From positions 149,484,001-149,548,000 of the forward strand of contig CM059431.1 in the NCBI GenBank assembly GCA_030390025.1: a stretch of 64,000 nucleotides of DNA, read 5' to 3'. This document shows, piece after piece, positions 10,040-22,545 of the stretch (within the stretch, counting starts at the first letter, position 1; each line of letters opens with the position of its first letter). The position numbers were made by a program, and so were the translations under genes. Origin of the DNA: Squalus acanthias. Its lineage: Eukaryota. A model generated the notes under the pieces. That model saw only the letters and a list, made by a program, of their open reading frames with translations. It did not search any database and was not told the origin of the DNA.

Positions 10040-13000
10040 AAACAAGCCTAAAGGCTTTGGGGTAAAAATTCACTTGGTTGCGCCTCCCGTTAGCGCCTTA
10101 AGAGGGCGTTAATGGGGCGCAAAGCCGCTAACGCCCGGGCGCAGCGATGTTTGCGCCGCTCGAGAACTTAACTTGAGATTGTGCGGCGGCGCTAAAACTT
10201 ACCGCTGCGACCACCTGCGCGCGCAGATTGTGACGTCATTCCGTGGTGCAACGCCCTTGTGGCGCCCTGTAGCAGAAATGGAGTGGCGCCCCCTGCCTTA
10301 CCGCCTGGCGCTTCCAACGACCAGAAGACTGGAACGCTATCAATCGCTGTGGGGCTGGGGGGGGCGCTATTTAAAGGGGGCCTCTTCCTGTCTTTTATTG
10401 TTGGTGGCATTTTTGAACTACGCATTCTGAGAGAGAGAGGGAGAGACTTCTGGAGAGATTCAACGTTGTGTGAAGGAGTTTTGGGTACTGAGCAGCACTT
10501 TGCAGGTTCATTTTGATTTGCCATTCCTTGTATCGATTTAGCAGAGACTGTGGGAGCTGCACTCTGAGCTCTTTGCCTGGTACTCTCCATTGTACTTTCC
10601 AGCACATTTGATGTGCAAGTCTCTCCAGGCCGAGATTCAAGGCTGCAATGAACAGGATGTGGATGGAAAGCAATATTAACCATCCCCTTTAAGAACTGGC
10701 CCGTGCCATTGTGTGTGTGTTCCATTGCTGACTGACATTACATGAGCTTCGCCAGCGCTCCGAGTTAGCGACTCACTGCTCGCCCTTTGTGCCTTAAGAG
10801 AGGTGTGCAGCGCCTGCTTTAGCGCTCCACTCACCTCCCGGGGCGGTAAAAGTGAAGTTTCCTGTCAGTGCCGATAATTAGCGCCAGGCGCTAATATTTG
10901 CGTCCGCACGATATTTGCGCCCCAAATGGGGCGCGACCTAATTTCTACCCCTTTGTGTGTTAATGCAGGGAGCATTCGGAATAGGGTGGATGAATTAGCT
11001 GCGCAAATAGAGGTAAACAAATATGATTTCATTGGGATTACCGAAACATGGCTTCAGGGTGGCCAAGGCTGTGAACTCAACATCCAGAGGTACTCAATAT
11101 TCAGGAAAGATAGGCAAAAAGGAAAGGGAGGTGGGGTAGCTTTGCTGGTTAAAGAGGGGATGAACACATTGAAAGGAAGGATATTAGCTCTGATGATGTG
11201 GAATCTGTATGGTTTGAACTGCGAAGTAACAAGGGGCATAAAACGTTAGTGGGAGTGATAGATAGACCTGCAAACAGTAATGCGGAGGTTGTAGATGGCA
11301 ATAAAATGGAAATTAGAGAAGCGTGCAATAAGGGCACAGCAGTCATCATGGGTGACTTTAATCTACATATAGATTGAGCTAACCAAATTAGTAACAATAC
11401 TATGGAGGAGGAAATCCTGGAGTGTTTACGGGATGGTTTCCTGGAACAATATGCCGAGGAACCAACCAGAGATCAGGCCATCTTAGACAGTGTATTATGC
11501 AATGAGAAAGGATTAATTAGCAATCTTGTTCTCCGAGAAACCTTGGGTCGGAGCGATCATAATATGATAGAATTCTTCATTAGGATGGAGAGTGAAGTAG
11601 TTGATTCAGAGACTTGGGTCCTGAATTTAAATAAAGGAAACTACGATGGTATGAGGTGTGTGTTGGGTAGGATTGATTCGGGAATGTCACTCAGAGGGTT
11701 GACGGTGGATAGGTAATGGCAAACATTCAAGGACCACATGGACGAACGACAGAAGTTGTTCATCCCAGTTTGGCATCAGAATAAAACAAAAAGGGTGACT
11801 CAAACGTGGCTAACAAGGTAAATTAGGGATAGAATAAGATCCAAGGAGAGGGCATATTAATTGGCCAGAAAAAGCAGAAAATCTGAGGATTGGGAGCAGT
11901 TTAAGATTCAACAAAGGAGGACAAAGGGATTAATTAAGAAGGGGAAAATAAAATAGGAGAGTAAGCTTGCAAGGAACATAAAAACTGACTGTAAAAGCTT
12001 TTATAGATATGTGAAGCGAAAAACATTAGTGAAATCAAGCATAGGTCCCTTGCAGTCAGAATCAGGGGAACTTATAATGGGGAACAAAGACATGTCAGTC
12101 CAATTAATTACATATTTTGGTTGTGTCTTCACAAAGGAGGACAAAAATAATCTCCCAGAGATGTTGGGGAACATAGGGTCTGATGAAAGGGAGGAACTGA
12201 AAGAAATCAGTATTTGTAGGGAAATGGTGTGAGGGAAATTGATGGGATTGAAGGCCGATAATCCTCAGGGCCTGATAATCTACATCATAGGGTACTTAAG
12301 GAAGTGGTTGAGAAATAGTAGATGCATTGCTGATCATCTTCCAACATTCGATGGAATCTGGAGCAGTACACATGGATTGGAGGGTAGCTAATGTTACCCC
12401 ACTATTCAAAAAGGGTGGTAGCGAGAAAACGGGGCATTACAGACCGGTAAGTCTGACATCGGTAGTGGGGAAAATGCTAGAGTCCATTATAAAAGATGAA
12501 ATAGGTGAGCACTTGGAAAACAGTGACAGGATCGGACAAAGACAACATGGATTAACAATAGGTAATTCATGCTTGACTAATCCACTGGAATTTTTAGAGG
12601 ATGTAACTGGTACAATAGATAAGGGTGACCCAGTGGATGTGGCGTATTTGGACTTCCAAAAGGCTTTTGATAAGGTCCCGCATAAGGGATTAGCGTGTAA
12701 AGTTAAGCCACATGGGATTGGGGGCAAGGTATTGACTTGGATAGAGAACTGGCTGGCAGACAGAAAGGAAAGAGTTGGAATAAACGAGTCTTTTTCCGAG
12801 TGGCAGGCAGTGACTAGTGGGGTACCGCAGGGATCGGTCCTTAGACCCCAGCTGTTCACAATATATATTAATGATCTAGACAAGGGAACTAGATGTAATA
12901 TCTCCAAGTTAGCAGACGAGACAAAACTGGGTGGGCATGTGTGCTGCGAGGAGGATGCGAAGAAACTCCAGGATGATTTGGGGACGTTGGGTGATTGGGC

Positions 13001-13739
13001 AGAAGCGTGGCAGATGCAATATAAAGTGGATAAATGTGAGGTTATCCACTTTGGTGTCAAACACAGGTTATTATCTGAATGGCAATAGATTGGTAGAAGG
13101 GGAAGTGCAACGAGACCTGGGTGTCCTTGTGCACCAGTCGCTGAAGGTAAGCACGCAGGTGCAGCAGGCGGTTAAGATGGCCAATGGTATGTTGGCCTTC
13201 ATAGCGAGAGGGGTGTAGTACAGGAACAAGATGTCTTGCTGCAGTTGTACAGGGGCTTGGTGAGACCACACCTTGAGTACTGTGTGCAGTTTTGGTCGCC
13301 TTATCTGAGCAATGATGTTCTTGCCATGGAAGGAGTTCACCGAAGATTCACAAGGCTGATACCTGGAATGGCAGGAATGAAGTATGAAGAGAGATTGGGT
13401 CGATTGGGCTTATACTCGCTGGAGTTTAGAAGAATGAGAGGGGATCTCATTGAAACTTATAAAATTCTGACAGGTCTGGACAAACTAGATGCAGGAAGGA
13501 TGTTCCCAGTGGTCGGGGAGTCCAGAACCAGGGGTCACAGTCTAAGGATAAGGGGTAAGCAATTTAGGACAGAAATGAGGAGGAATTCCTTCACCCAGAG
13601 ATTGGTGAACCTGTGGAATTCTCTGCCACAGAAGGCAGTAGAGGCCAATTCATTAAATAGATTCAAGAAGGAGTTGGATATATTTCTTCAGGCTAAAGGG
13701 ATCAAGGGACATGGGGAGAAAGCAGGTACAGGGTACTGA
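10040..13739 (+). pseudogene. CR1 ORF2 (APE endonuclease and reverse transcriptase) with stops, frameshifts and a MITE insertion
   Basis: KALCVNAGSIRN, IGITETWL, GGGVAL, MGDFN, SDHNMI, YRPVSLTS, YLDFQKAFDKV, GVPQGSVL, LADETKL (degenerate ADD motif), LVRPHLEYC. Confidence 0.95.
10059..10951. mobile_element. Non-autonomous DNA transposon (MITE), PIF/Harbinger-like
   Basis: TIRs GGGGTAAAAATT and AATTTCTACCCC (11/12 match). 3-bp TTT duplication at 10056-58 and 10952-54. Excision restores CR1 codons K-A-L-C-V-N-A. Confidence 0.85.
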
Positions 13740-13837
13740 ATTTGGATGATCAGCCATGATCGCATTGAATGGCGGAGCAGGCTAGAGGGGCCGAATGGCC
13801 TACTCCTGCTCCTATCTTCTATGATTCTATGATTCTA

Positions 13838-16068
13838 CACTGTCCCATTAATCCTCCCAAAACAGGTACAACACTGGTTAGATACACCCTAAACCTCCCT
13901 CTACAATGTACCATCAAATACTCCCAGGGCTTGTGCAGAACGGGTTAGATACAGAGTAAAGCTGCCTCTACACTGTCACCTCAAACAATCCCAGGGCACG
14001 TCCTGCTCTGGTGAAATACAGAGTAAAGTCTCCCCTGCGCTGTCCCATCAAACACTCCCACGATATGTACAGCAGAGATTAGGTACAGAGTAAATCTCCC
14101 TTTACTCTCCCAATCAAGCAAGCCCAGGGCACCATCTTCAGCTGCTTCATCAATGAACCTCCCTCCAACATAAGTTCAGAAATGGGGATGTTCGCTGATG
14201 ACTGCAGTGGTTTCAGTGCCATTCACTGCTGCTCAGATAATGAAGCATTCCATGCCCGAATGCAAAAAGACCTGGAAGACGTTCGGGCTTGGGATGATAA
14301 GTGGCAGTTAACATTCGCGCATCAGAAGTGCCAGACAATGATTATCTCCAACAACGAGAGTCTAACTACCGCCCCTTGACATTCAATGGCATTAACATCG
14401 CTGAATCCCCCAACATCAACATCCTGGGGGGTACCATTGATCAGACACTTAACTGGACTAGCCACATCAATATTTTAGCAACAAGAGCAGGTTAGAGGCT
14501 AATTATTCTGCGGCGAGTGTATCACCTCCTGAGTCCCCGAAGCCTTTCCACCATCTAGAAGGGACAAGTAAGGAGTGTAATGGAATACGTCCCACTTGCC
14601 TGGATGAGTGCAGCTCCAACAACACTCAAGAAGCTCGAAAAAATACAGGACAAAGCAGCCTGCTTGATTGGCACCCCATCCACCACCTTAAACATTCACT
14701 CCTTCCACTACTGGCATACCGTGGTTGCAGTGTATACCATCTCCAAGATGCACTGCAGCAACTCGCCAATGCATCTTCGGCAGCACCTCCCACACCTGCG
14801 ACCTGTTCTAACTAGCAGGACAAGGGCAGCAAGCGCATGGGAACACCACCTCCAAGTTCCCCTCCAAGTCACATACCATGCTGACTTAGAAGTATAACTC
14901 CGATCCTTCATCGTCGCTGAGTCAAAATCCTGGAACTGCCTACCTAACAGCACTGTGGGAGTAAATTCACCACACGGATTGCAACGTTTCAAGAAGGCTG
15001 CTCACAACCACCTTCTCAAGGGCAATTATAGATGGGCAATAAATGCGGGCCTTGCCAGCTACGCCCACATCCCATAAAGAAAAGTGTAAAAAAATACACT
15101 TTCACATCAATAAGTTCCAGGGCAGGTACAGCACGGAAGGATACAGAGTGAAGCGCCCACTACACTGTCCCGTCAATCACTCCCAGCGCACGTGCAGCAC
15201 TGGTTAGATACAGAGTTAAGCTCCCTCTACGCTTTCCCATCTAACACTCCCAGGGCAGGCACAGCACGGATTTGATATAGACCAAATCTCCTTTCACACT
15301 GTCCCATCTAACTGTCACAGGGCATGCAACTCAATGGTTAGATACAGTGTAAAGCTTCCTCGACATTGTACCATCAAACTCCCACAGGGCACATACAGCA
15401 CTGGTTAGATACAGAGCAAAGCTCCATGTACACTCCCCCAACCAGCACTCCCAGGGCAGGTACAGCAAGGGCTAGATACTGAGTAAAGCTCCTTCGAAAC
15501 TGCCCCAGAAAACACTACCAGGGATTGTACAGCACGGGTTAGATACGGAGTAAAGATCACTCCTCACTGTCCCATCAAGCACTCCCAGAACATGTAAAGC
15601 AATGGTTAGATAAAGAGTAAGGCTTCCTCCACATTGTCCGATCAAACACGCGCAGGGCACGGATAGCACTCGTTAGATACAGAATAAATCTCGCTCTGTA
15701 CTGTTACATCAAACACTGCCAGGGCACGTGCAGTACTGGTGCAACGCAGAGTAAAGCTTCCTCTGCACTGTCCCATCAATCACTCCCAGTATAAGTACAG
15801 CATGAGTTAGATAGAGAGCAAAGCTCCTTGTACACTGACCCATTTAACACTCCCAAAGCATGTAGAGCACTGGTTAGATACAGAGTAAAGCTTCCTCTAC
15901 ACTGTCCCATCAAACAGTTCATGGGCAGGTCTAGCCCGGTTCAGATACAGAGCAAAGTTCACTCCAAACTGCTCCATCAAACACTCGCAGGACAGGTACA
16001 GCTCGGGTTACATACAGAATAAGTCGCCCTCTACAATCCCACATCAAACACTCCCAGCGAAGGTTAAG
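13838..16068 (+). repeat. 67-bp satellite, continuation (interrupted by LINE fragment 14131-15094)
   Basis: Period 67 (e.g. tccca at 15181 and 15248). Confidence 0.9.
14131..15094 (+). mobile_element. LINE family 2 (CR1/L2 group), 5'-truncated 3' portion
   Basis: MFADDC RT motif, MEYVPLAWMSAAPTTLKKL, A-rich end. Homologous to ~17740-18700. Confidence 0.9.
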
Positions 16069-18700
16069 CAACATTGATTCCAGATCCCAAGAAGACTCAT
16101 AGCTTCAGGTCAAGAATGGGCAAGGAATCGTCCTGCTGATTTCCACATACCGGCCTCCCTCAGCTGATGAATCATCACTCCTCCATATTGAACACCACTT
16201 GGAAGAAGCTCTGAGAGTAGCAAGGGCCCAGAATGAACTCTGGTTGGTGGACTTCAATGTCCATCACTAGGAGTGGCTCGGTAGCTCCACTACTGACCGA
16301 GCTGGCCGAATCCTGAAGGACATGGCAGTCTGGGCCTGCGACAGGAGGTCAGCGAACCAACATGGGGCAAATATTTACTTCACCTCGTCCTCGCCAATCT
16401 ACCTGTCGCAGATGCATCTGTCCATGACAGCCTTATTGGATGTAACCATCGCACAGTCATTGTGGAGACGAAGTCGCATCCTCCCACTGAGGACACCCTC
16501 CATCGTGTTGTGTAGCACTACCAATTTGCTAAATGGGATAGATTCAGAACAGATTTAGCATCGCAAAACTGGGCATCCATGAGGCAATAGGGGACATCTG
16601 CAGCAGCAGAATTGTATTCCAGCACAATCTGTAAACACATGATCCGGCATATCTCTCAATCTCCCATTACCATTAGGTCAGGGGACCAATCCTAGTTCAA
16701 TAAGGAGTGTAGCAGAGCATGCTGGGTGCATCACCAGGCGTACCTAAAAATGAGGTGCCAACCTGGTGAAGCTGAAACACAGGAATATATGCATGCTAAA
16801 AATGGAAACAGCATGCTATAGACAGGGAGAAGCGATCCCACAATCAACGGATCAGATCAAAGCTCTGCAGTCCTGCCATATCCAGTCGTGAATGGTGGTG
16901 GACTATTAAGAATCTAACGGGAGTTGGAGGCTCCATGAATATCCGCAACCTCAATGATGGTAGAGCCCAAGGCGTGAGTACAAAAGACAAGGCTGAAGTA
17001 CTATCAACCGTCTTCGGCCAGAAGTGCATAGTGGATGATACATATCGACCAACTCCTGAGGTCCCCACCATCACACAAAATAGTCTACAACCAATTCGAT
17101 TCACTCCACGTGACATCAAGAAACGACTGAGCGCACTGGATACAGCAAAGGCTATGGGCACCAACAACATCCCGGCTGTCGTGCTGAAGACTTGTGCTCC
17201 ACAATTAGCCGCGCCTCGAGCCAAGCTGTTCCATTGCGGCTACAACAAACTGGCATCTATCCGACATTGTGGAAAATCAACCAGGTATGTGCTGTCCACA
17301 AAAAGCAGGTCAAATCCAACCCGGCCAATGACCGCACCATCACTCTACTCTCAATCATCAGAAAAGTGATAGAAGGTGTCATTGACAGTGCTATCCAGCG
17401 GCACTTACTCACCAATAACCTGCACACTGATGCCCCAGTTGGGTTCCGCCAAGACCACTTGGCTCCAGAACTCATTACAGCCTTGGTCCAAACATGGACA
17501 AGGTCGCTGAATTCCAGAGGTAAGGTGAGAGTGATTGCCCTTGACATCAAGGCAGCATTTGACCGAAAGTGGCATCAAGGAGCCCGAGTAAAATTAAAGT
17601 AAATGGGAATCAGGGGGAAAACGCTCCACTGGCTAGGGTCATACCTAGCACAAAGGAAGATGGTTGTGCTGGTTGAAGATCAATCATCACAGCCCCAGGA
17701 CTTCGCTTCAGGAGCTCCTCAGGCCAGTGATCTAGGCCCAAACATCATCAGCTGCTTCATCAATGAACTTACTTCCAACATATGATGAAAAATGTGAATG
17801 TTCGCGATGACTGCACAGTGTTCCTTCCATTCACAAATCCTCAGATAATGAAGCAGTCCATGCCCGCATACAACAAGGCCTTGACTACGTTCAGGCTTGG
17901 ACTGATAAGCGGCAGGTAACTTTCGCACCACAGAAGTGCGAGTTAATGATTATCTCCAACAAGCCAGAGTCTAACCACCGCTCCTTGACATTCAACTGCG
18001 TTACCATCAACGAATCCCCCAACATCAACAATTGGGGATTACCATTGGCCAGAAACTTAACTAGATCAGCCACATAAATACTGTGGCAACAAGAGCAGGT
18101 CAGAGGCTAGGTATTCTGCGGCGAGTGTCTCAACTCCTGAATCACCAAACCCATTACAACATGTATAAGGCACAAGTCAGGAGTGTGATGGAATACTGTC
18201 CAATTGCCTAGATGAGTGCAGCTCCAACAACACTCAAGAAACTCGACACCATCAAAGACAAAGCAGCCTGCTTGGTTGGCACCCAAGCAACCACCTTAAA
18301 CATTCACTCGCTCCAGCACCGGCTAAATGTTGCTACAGTGTGTGCCATCTACAAGATGCACTGCAGCACCTCGCCAAGCTTTCTTCGGCGGCACCTCACA
18401 AACACGCAAAGTATTCTAGCTCGTAGGACAAGGGCAGCAGGCGCTTAGGATCACCACCACCACCAAGTTCACCTCCAAGTCACACACGATCCTGATTTGG
18501 AAATATGACGCCGATCCTTCTTCGTCACTGGGTCAAAATCTTGGAAATCCCTCTGAAACAGCACTGTGGGAGTACCTTCAGTACATGGACTGCAGTGGTG
18601 TTAGAAGGTGGCTTCCCACCGCATTCGCGAGTGCAATTATGGATGGCAATAATTGCTGGCATTTCCAGGGACGACAAAATCCAGCCACGAATTTAGAAAA
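16069..18700 (+). mobile_element. LINE family 2 (CR1/L2 group), decayed ORF2 from late endonuclease to 3' end
   Basis: DFNVHH, KAMGTNNIP, VHKK...NPANDRTITLL, GFRQ, ALDIKAAFDRKWH, GAPQASDLGP, with many stops. Confidence 0.9.
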
Positions 18701-18704
18701 GAAA

Positions 18705-20553
18705 TACTGGCCCTCCGACACTGCAGCACTTCCTCAGTACTACCCCTCCGACAGTGCAGCGCTCCCGCAGTATTACCACTCCCACAGAGGAGGGCTCCTT
18801 CAATACTAGCCCTCCGAATGGGCACTGCTTGCTCTGTACTGCCCCTCCCACAGTGAAGCACTCTCTCAGTACTGCCCCTCCGACACTGGAGTGCTTCCTC
18901 AGTACTCCCCTCTGACAGTGCAGTCCTCTTTCAGTACTGATCCTCCGACAGTGCAGTTCTGCCTCAATTCTGCCCCTCTGACAGTGCAGCACTCTGTTCT
19001 TACTGTCCCTCCGACCGTGCAGCACTCCCTCAGTACCGACCCTCCGCCAGTGCAGCTCTCCCTCCGTACTGCACTTCCGGCAGTGCGGCGCTCCTTCAGT
19101 TCTGAAGCTTCGACAGTGCCGCGCTCCCTCAGTACTGCCTCACTGACAGTGTGACGTCCCCTCAGTACCGTCCTCCGACAGTGCAGTGCTCCCTCAGTAC
19201 TGCCCCTATGACAGTGCAGCGCTCCCTCAGTACTGAAAATCCGACAGTGCAGTGCTCCCTCAATTCTGCCCCTCTGACAGTGCAGCGCACCGTTAGTACT
19301 GATCCTCTGACATTGCAGCAATCCCTCGGTACCGCCCCTCCAACAGTGCAGCGCTCCCTCAGGAGTGATCCTCCGACAGTAGAGTGCTCCCTTAATTCTG
19401 CCCCTCTGAAAGTGCAGCGCTCCGTTAGTACTGATCCTCCGACAGTGCAGCACTCCCTCAAAAACAGACCTCCGACAGGGCAGCACTCCCTCAGGACTGA
19501 TCCTCCGACAGTACGGTGCTCCCTTAATTCTACCCCTCTGACAGTGCAGCGCACCGTTAGTACTGATCCTCTGACATTGCAGCAATCCCTCAGTACCGCC
19601 CCTCCGACAGTGCAGCTCTCCCTCAGGACTGATACTCCGACAGTACAGTGCTCCCTTAATTCTGCCTCTCTGACAGTGCAGCGCTCCGTTAGTACTGATC
19701 CTCCGACAGTGCAGCACTCCCTCAGTACTGATCCTCCGACAGTGCAGTGCTCCCTCAATACTGCCCCTCTGACAGTGCAACGCTCTGTTAGTACTGTTCC
19801 TCCGACAGTGCAGCACTCCATCAGTTCCGCCGCTGCAACAGTGCAGCGCTCGCTCCGTACCGCACTTCCGGCAGTGCAGCGCTCCTTCAGTACTACTGAT
19901 TCTACAATGTTGCGCTCGCTCCGAACTGCCACACTGACAGTGTGGCGTTCCCTCATTACCGCCCTCCCACAGTGCAGTGCTCCCTCAGTACTGCCCCTCT
20001 GACAGAGCAGCGCTCCATCAGTGTTGTCCCTCGACAGTGCATCGTTCCCTCAATAATGCTCCTCCAACATGGCAGCGCTCCGTCTGTACTGTCCATCAGA
20101 CAGTGCAGCGCTTCCTCATTACTGCCCCTCTGACAGTGCAGCGCTCCCTCAGTACTTCCCATTCCACAGTGCGGCACTGCCTATGCACTGCCCTCCGACA
20201 GAACAGCGCTCATTCAGTACTGCCCCTCACAGTGCAGCGCCCCCTCAGTACTGCCCCTCTGACAGTGCAGCGCTCCTTCGGTACTGCTCCTCTGACACTG
20301 CTGTGTTCCTCAGTACTGACCCTCCGACAGTGCAGCGCTCCCTCGGTACTGCCCCTCTGACAGTGCAGCGCTCGCACAGTACTGCCCTCCCACAGTGCAG
20401 CACACCCTCAGTACGGACCCTCCGAGAGTGCAGCAGTCTCTCATTATGGCCCCTCCGATATTGCAGTGCTCCCTTCGTATCGTCCCTCCGACTGTGCAGC
20501 GCTTCTTCAGTACTGACCGTCCGACAGTGCGGCGCTCCCTCAGTACTGCCCCT
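18705..20553 (+). repeat. 33-bp minisatellite (cagtactgcccctccgacagtgcagcgctccct)
   Basis: Tandem units visible. The 11-aa STAPPTVQRSL periodicity in the ORF track is a by-product. Confidence 0.95.
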
Positions 20554-20902
20554 GGGCTGCCCGAATAGTTTCTATGGAAGGGAGGGTATATGGCATGGAA
20601 CTACCAATCCTGATTGGGCCTGGATCTGTCCCTCCACTTTCGGGATTTGCCTACAAATGGCCCCGGGGACGATGGCCATAGTCAAGGTCTGGTTGAGGGT
20701 GAGCCAGGACAGGATGATTTCTCGCCGTTGCATGAAGTTACGGGCGTCAGTATGCGGGACTGTGTCCAAAAGGAGAAGGCTCATCTTCTGTCCTGTTTCT
20801 CCTCCGAGGCCAGTAACGACACCGTGAGGGAAAGATTTGATTAGATTGTTACATTGAAAGATCATGGGGAGCAGAAGGAGAAGCGTCAGGATTGCCAGAG
20901 GT

Positions 20903-21790
20903 AGCATCGAGCGCTCCCCGGATGGTACAGCACGGGTTAGATACAGTGTAGAGCTCCCGCTACATTACCCTGACAGTGTGTCCCCACTTTATACCCAGTG
21001 TCAGCATAGAGCGCTCCCAGGGCAGGTACAGCACGTGGTTGATACAGTGTCGAGCTCCCTCGACATTACCCTAACACTGTTTCCCCCATTTTATACCCAG
21101 TGTCAGCATCGAGCGCTCCCAGGGCAGGTGCAGCACGGGTTACATACAGTATAGAGCTCGCTCTATATTACCTTGAAAGTGTGTCTCCCCCTTTATAACA
21201 ATGTGTCATCATCGTGCGCTCCCAGGGCAGGAAGAGCACGGGATAGACACAGTGTAGAGCTCCCTCTACATTACCCTGACAATGTGTCCACACACAGTGT
21301 CAGCAACGCGCGCTCACAGAGCAGGTAGCACATGGGTTAGATATGGTGTAGAGCTCCCTATACATTACCCTGAAACTGTGTCCCCACGTTATACCCAGTT
21401 TCCGCATCTAACGTTCCCATGGCCGGTGCAGCATGGGTTAAATACAGTGTAGAGCTCACTCTACGTTACCCTGACAGCGTGTCCCCCACTTTATACACAG
21501 TGTCAGCATCGAGTGCTCCCAGGGCAGGTAAAGCACGTATGAGATACAGTGTAGATCTCCCTCTACATTACCCTGACAGTGTGACCCCACTTTATACCGA
21601 GTGTCAGCATCGAGCGCTCCCAGGGCAGGTACAGCACGGGTTAGATAAAGTGTAGAGCTCCCTCTACATTACCCTGACAGTGTGTCCTCACTTTATACCG
21701 AGTGTCAGCATCGAGCGCTCCCAGGGCAGTTACAGCACGGTTTAGATAAAGTTTAGAGCTCCATCTATATCACCCTGAAAGTGTGCCTTG
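20903..21790 (+). repeat. 101-bp satellite related to the 67-bp satellite
   Basis: gtgtcagcat at 21601 and 21702. Shares ctcccagggcaggtacagcacgggttagatacag...agctccctctaca with the 67-mer. Confidence 0.9.
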
Positions 21791-22134
21791 CACCTTGTTA
21801 AAAACAGGAATGCCGTACAAGTGATATTGCAAGTCTCTGATTGAGAGATGGCTGTGCAAGCTCCGGCAATGTGTTTAACTTGAATACAATGACTGAACGA
21901 ATCTCAGGTGATATGAAATGTTATTTAATTGCACACGTCTGGTACGGGAAGACCATTTAAATCTTTATTCATTGACTTAACATATTACAGCCGTCACACA
22001 GTATAATTCCAATGATAAACCTCGGGCACTCGAGTGGGTTCAGTAAGAGCAACAGTCACAGATAAAGTGCAGTTAAAGGCACAGGCCACCAGGGCCAGAG
22101 GTCAAACTGCTCTATCCAGGGTTGGTGTTGGGGA

Positions 22135-22545
22135 GAGGGTCGGGTTTGCGGAGATGGGGTGACTGAAGTCCCCCCAACGCGTCCGAAGGCACTTTATTCG
22201 GGCAGCGTGGAATATCTTGTTCGGTTTGAAACCCGCTCATGTCCGGACCCTTTTCTGCTTCGTGCTTTGATCCCCGGGCGGTCGGTCAAAGTTCCGGTTC
22301 TGTCGCGAGCTCCGGGCCGGATCAGTCCGTCGTCCATCACCTGCCCCCACCAGCACAACACGAGAGGACGGGGATGGGAGGATGGGCGAGGCTGACAGGG
22401 CCACATTCGCCCCCCGCTCCCCCCACGACGCTCCCGGTAGCCAGCCCTTTCCGATTGGGGCCGGGCTCAAGTCAGCGGGTGAGTGGAGGTAGCGAAAGTC
22501 AGCCTTAGCAGAGTGGGACTAGAGTCACGTGTAGGCCGCAGCGTG
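22135..22545. promoter_or_regulatory. CpG-rich unique island, possible promoter or first exon
   Basis: High CpG density relative to flanks. ATTGG 22454-58, GTCACGTG 22524-31, plus-strand donor CGG|GTGAGT at 22479. Confidence 0.35.

Larger units (their letters stand above)
8671..13837 (+). mobile_element. Near-full-length decayed CR1 LINE (5' UTR, ORF1, ORF2, 3' UTR, TTCTATGA tail)
   Basis: ORF1 and ORF2 motifs listed below. 3' end ggccgaatggcctactcctgctcctat followed by tail repeats. Confidence 0.95.

Noticed and set aside
12437..13060. 207-aa antisense ORF
   Set aside because: Shadow frame of the CR1 reverse transcriptase.
18899..20827. Long ORFs (250-305 aa) with mucin-like STAPPTVQRSL repeats
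   Set aside because: Open in several frames on both strands because the 33-bp unit is a multiple of 3 and stop-poor. The unit traces to a SINE.
22506..22516. Pol III A-box TAGCAGAGTGG suggesting a tRNA gene
   Set aside because: No B-box or cloverleaf downstream.
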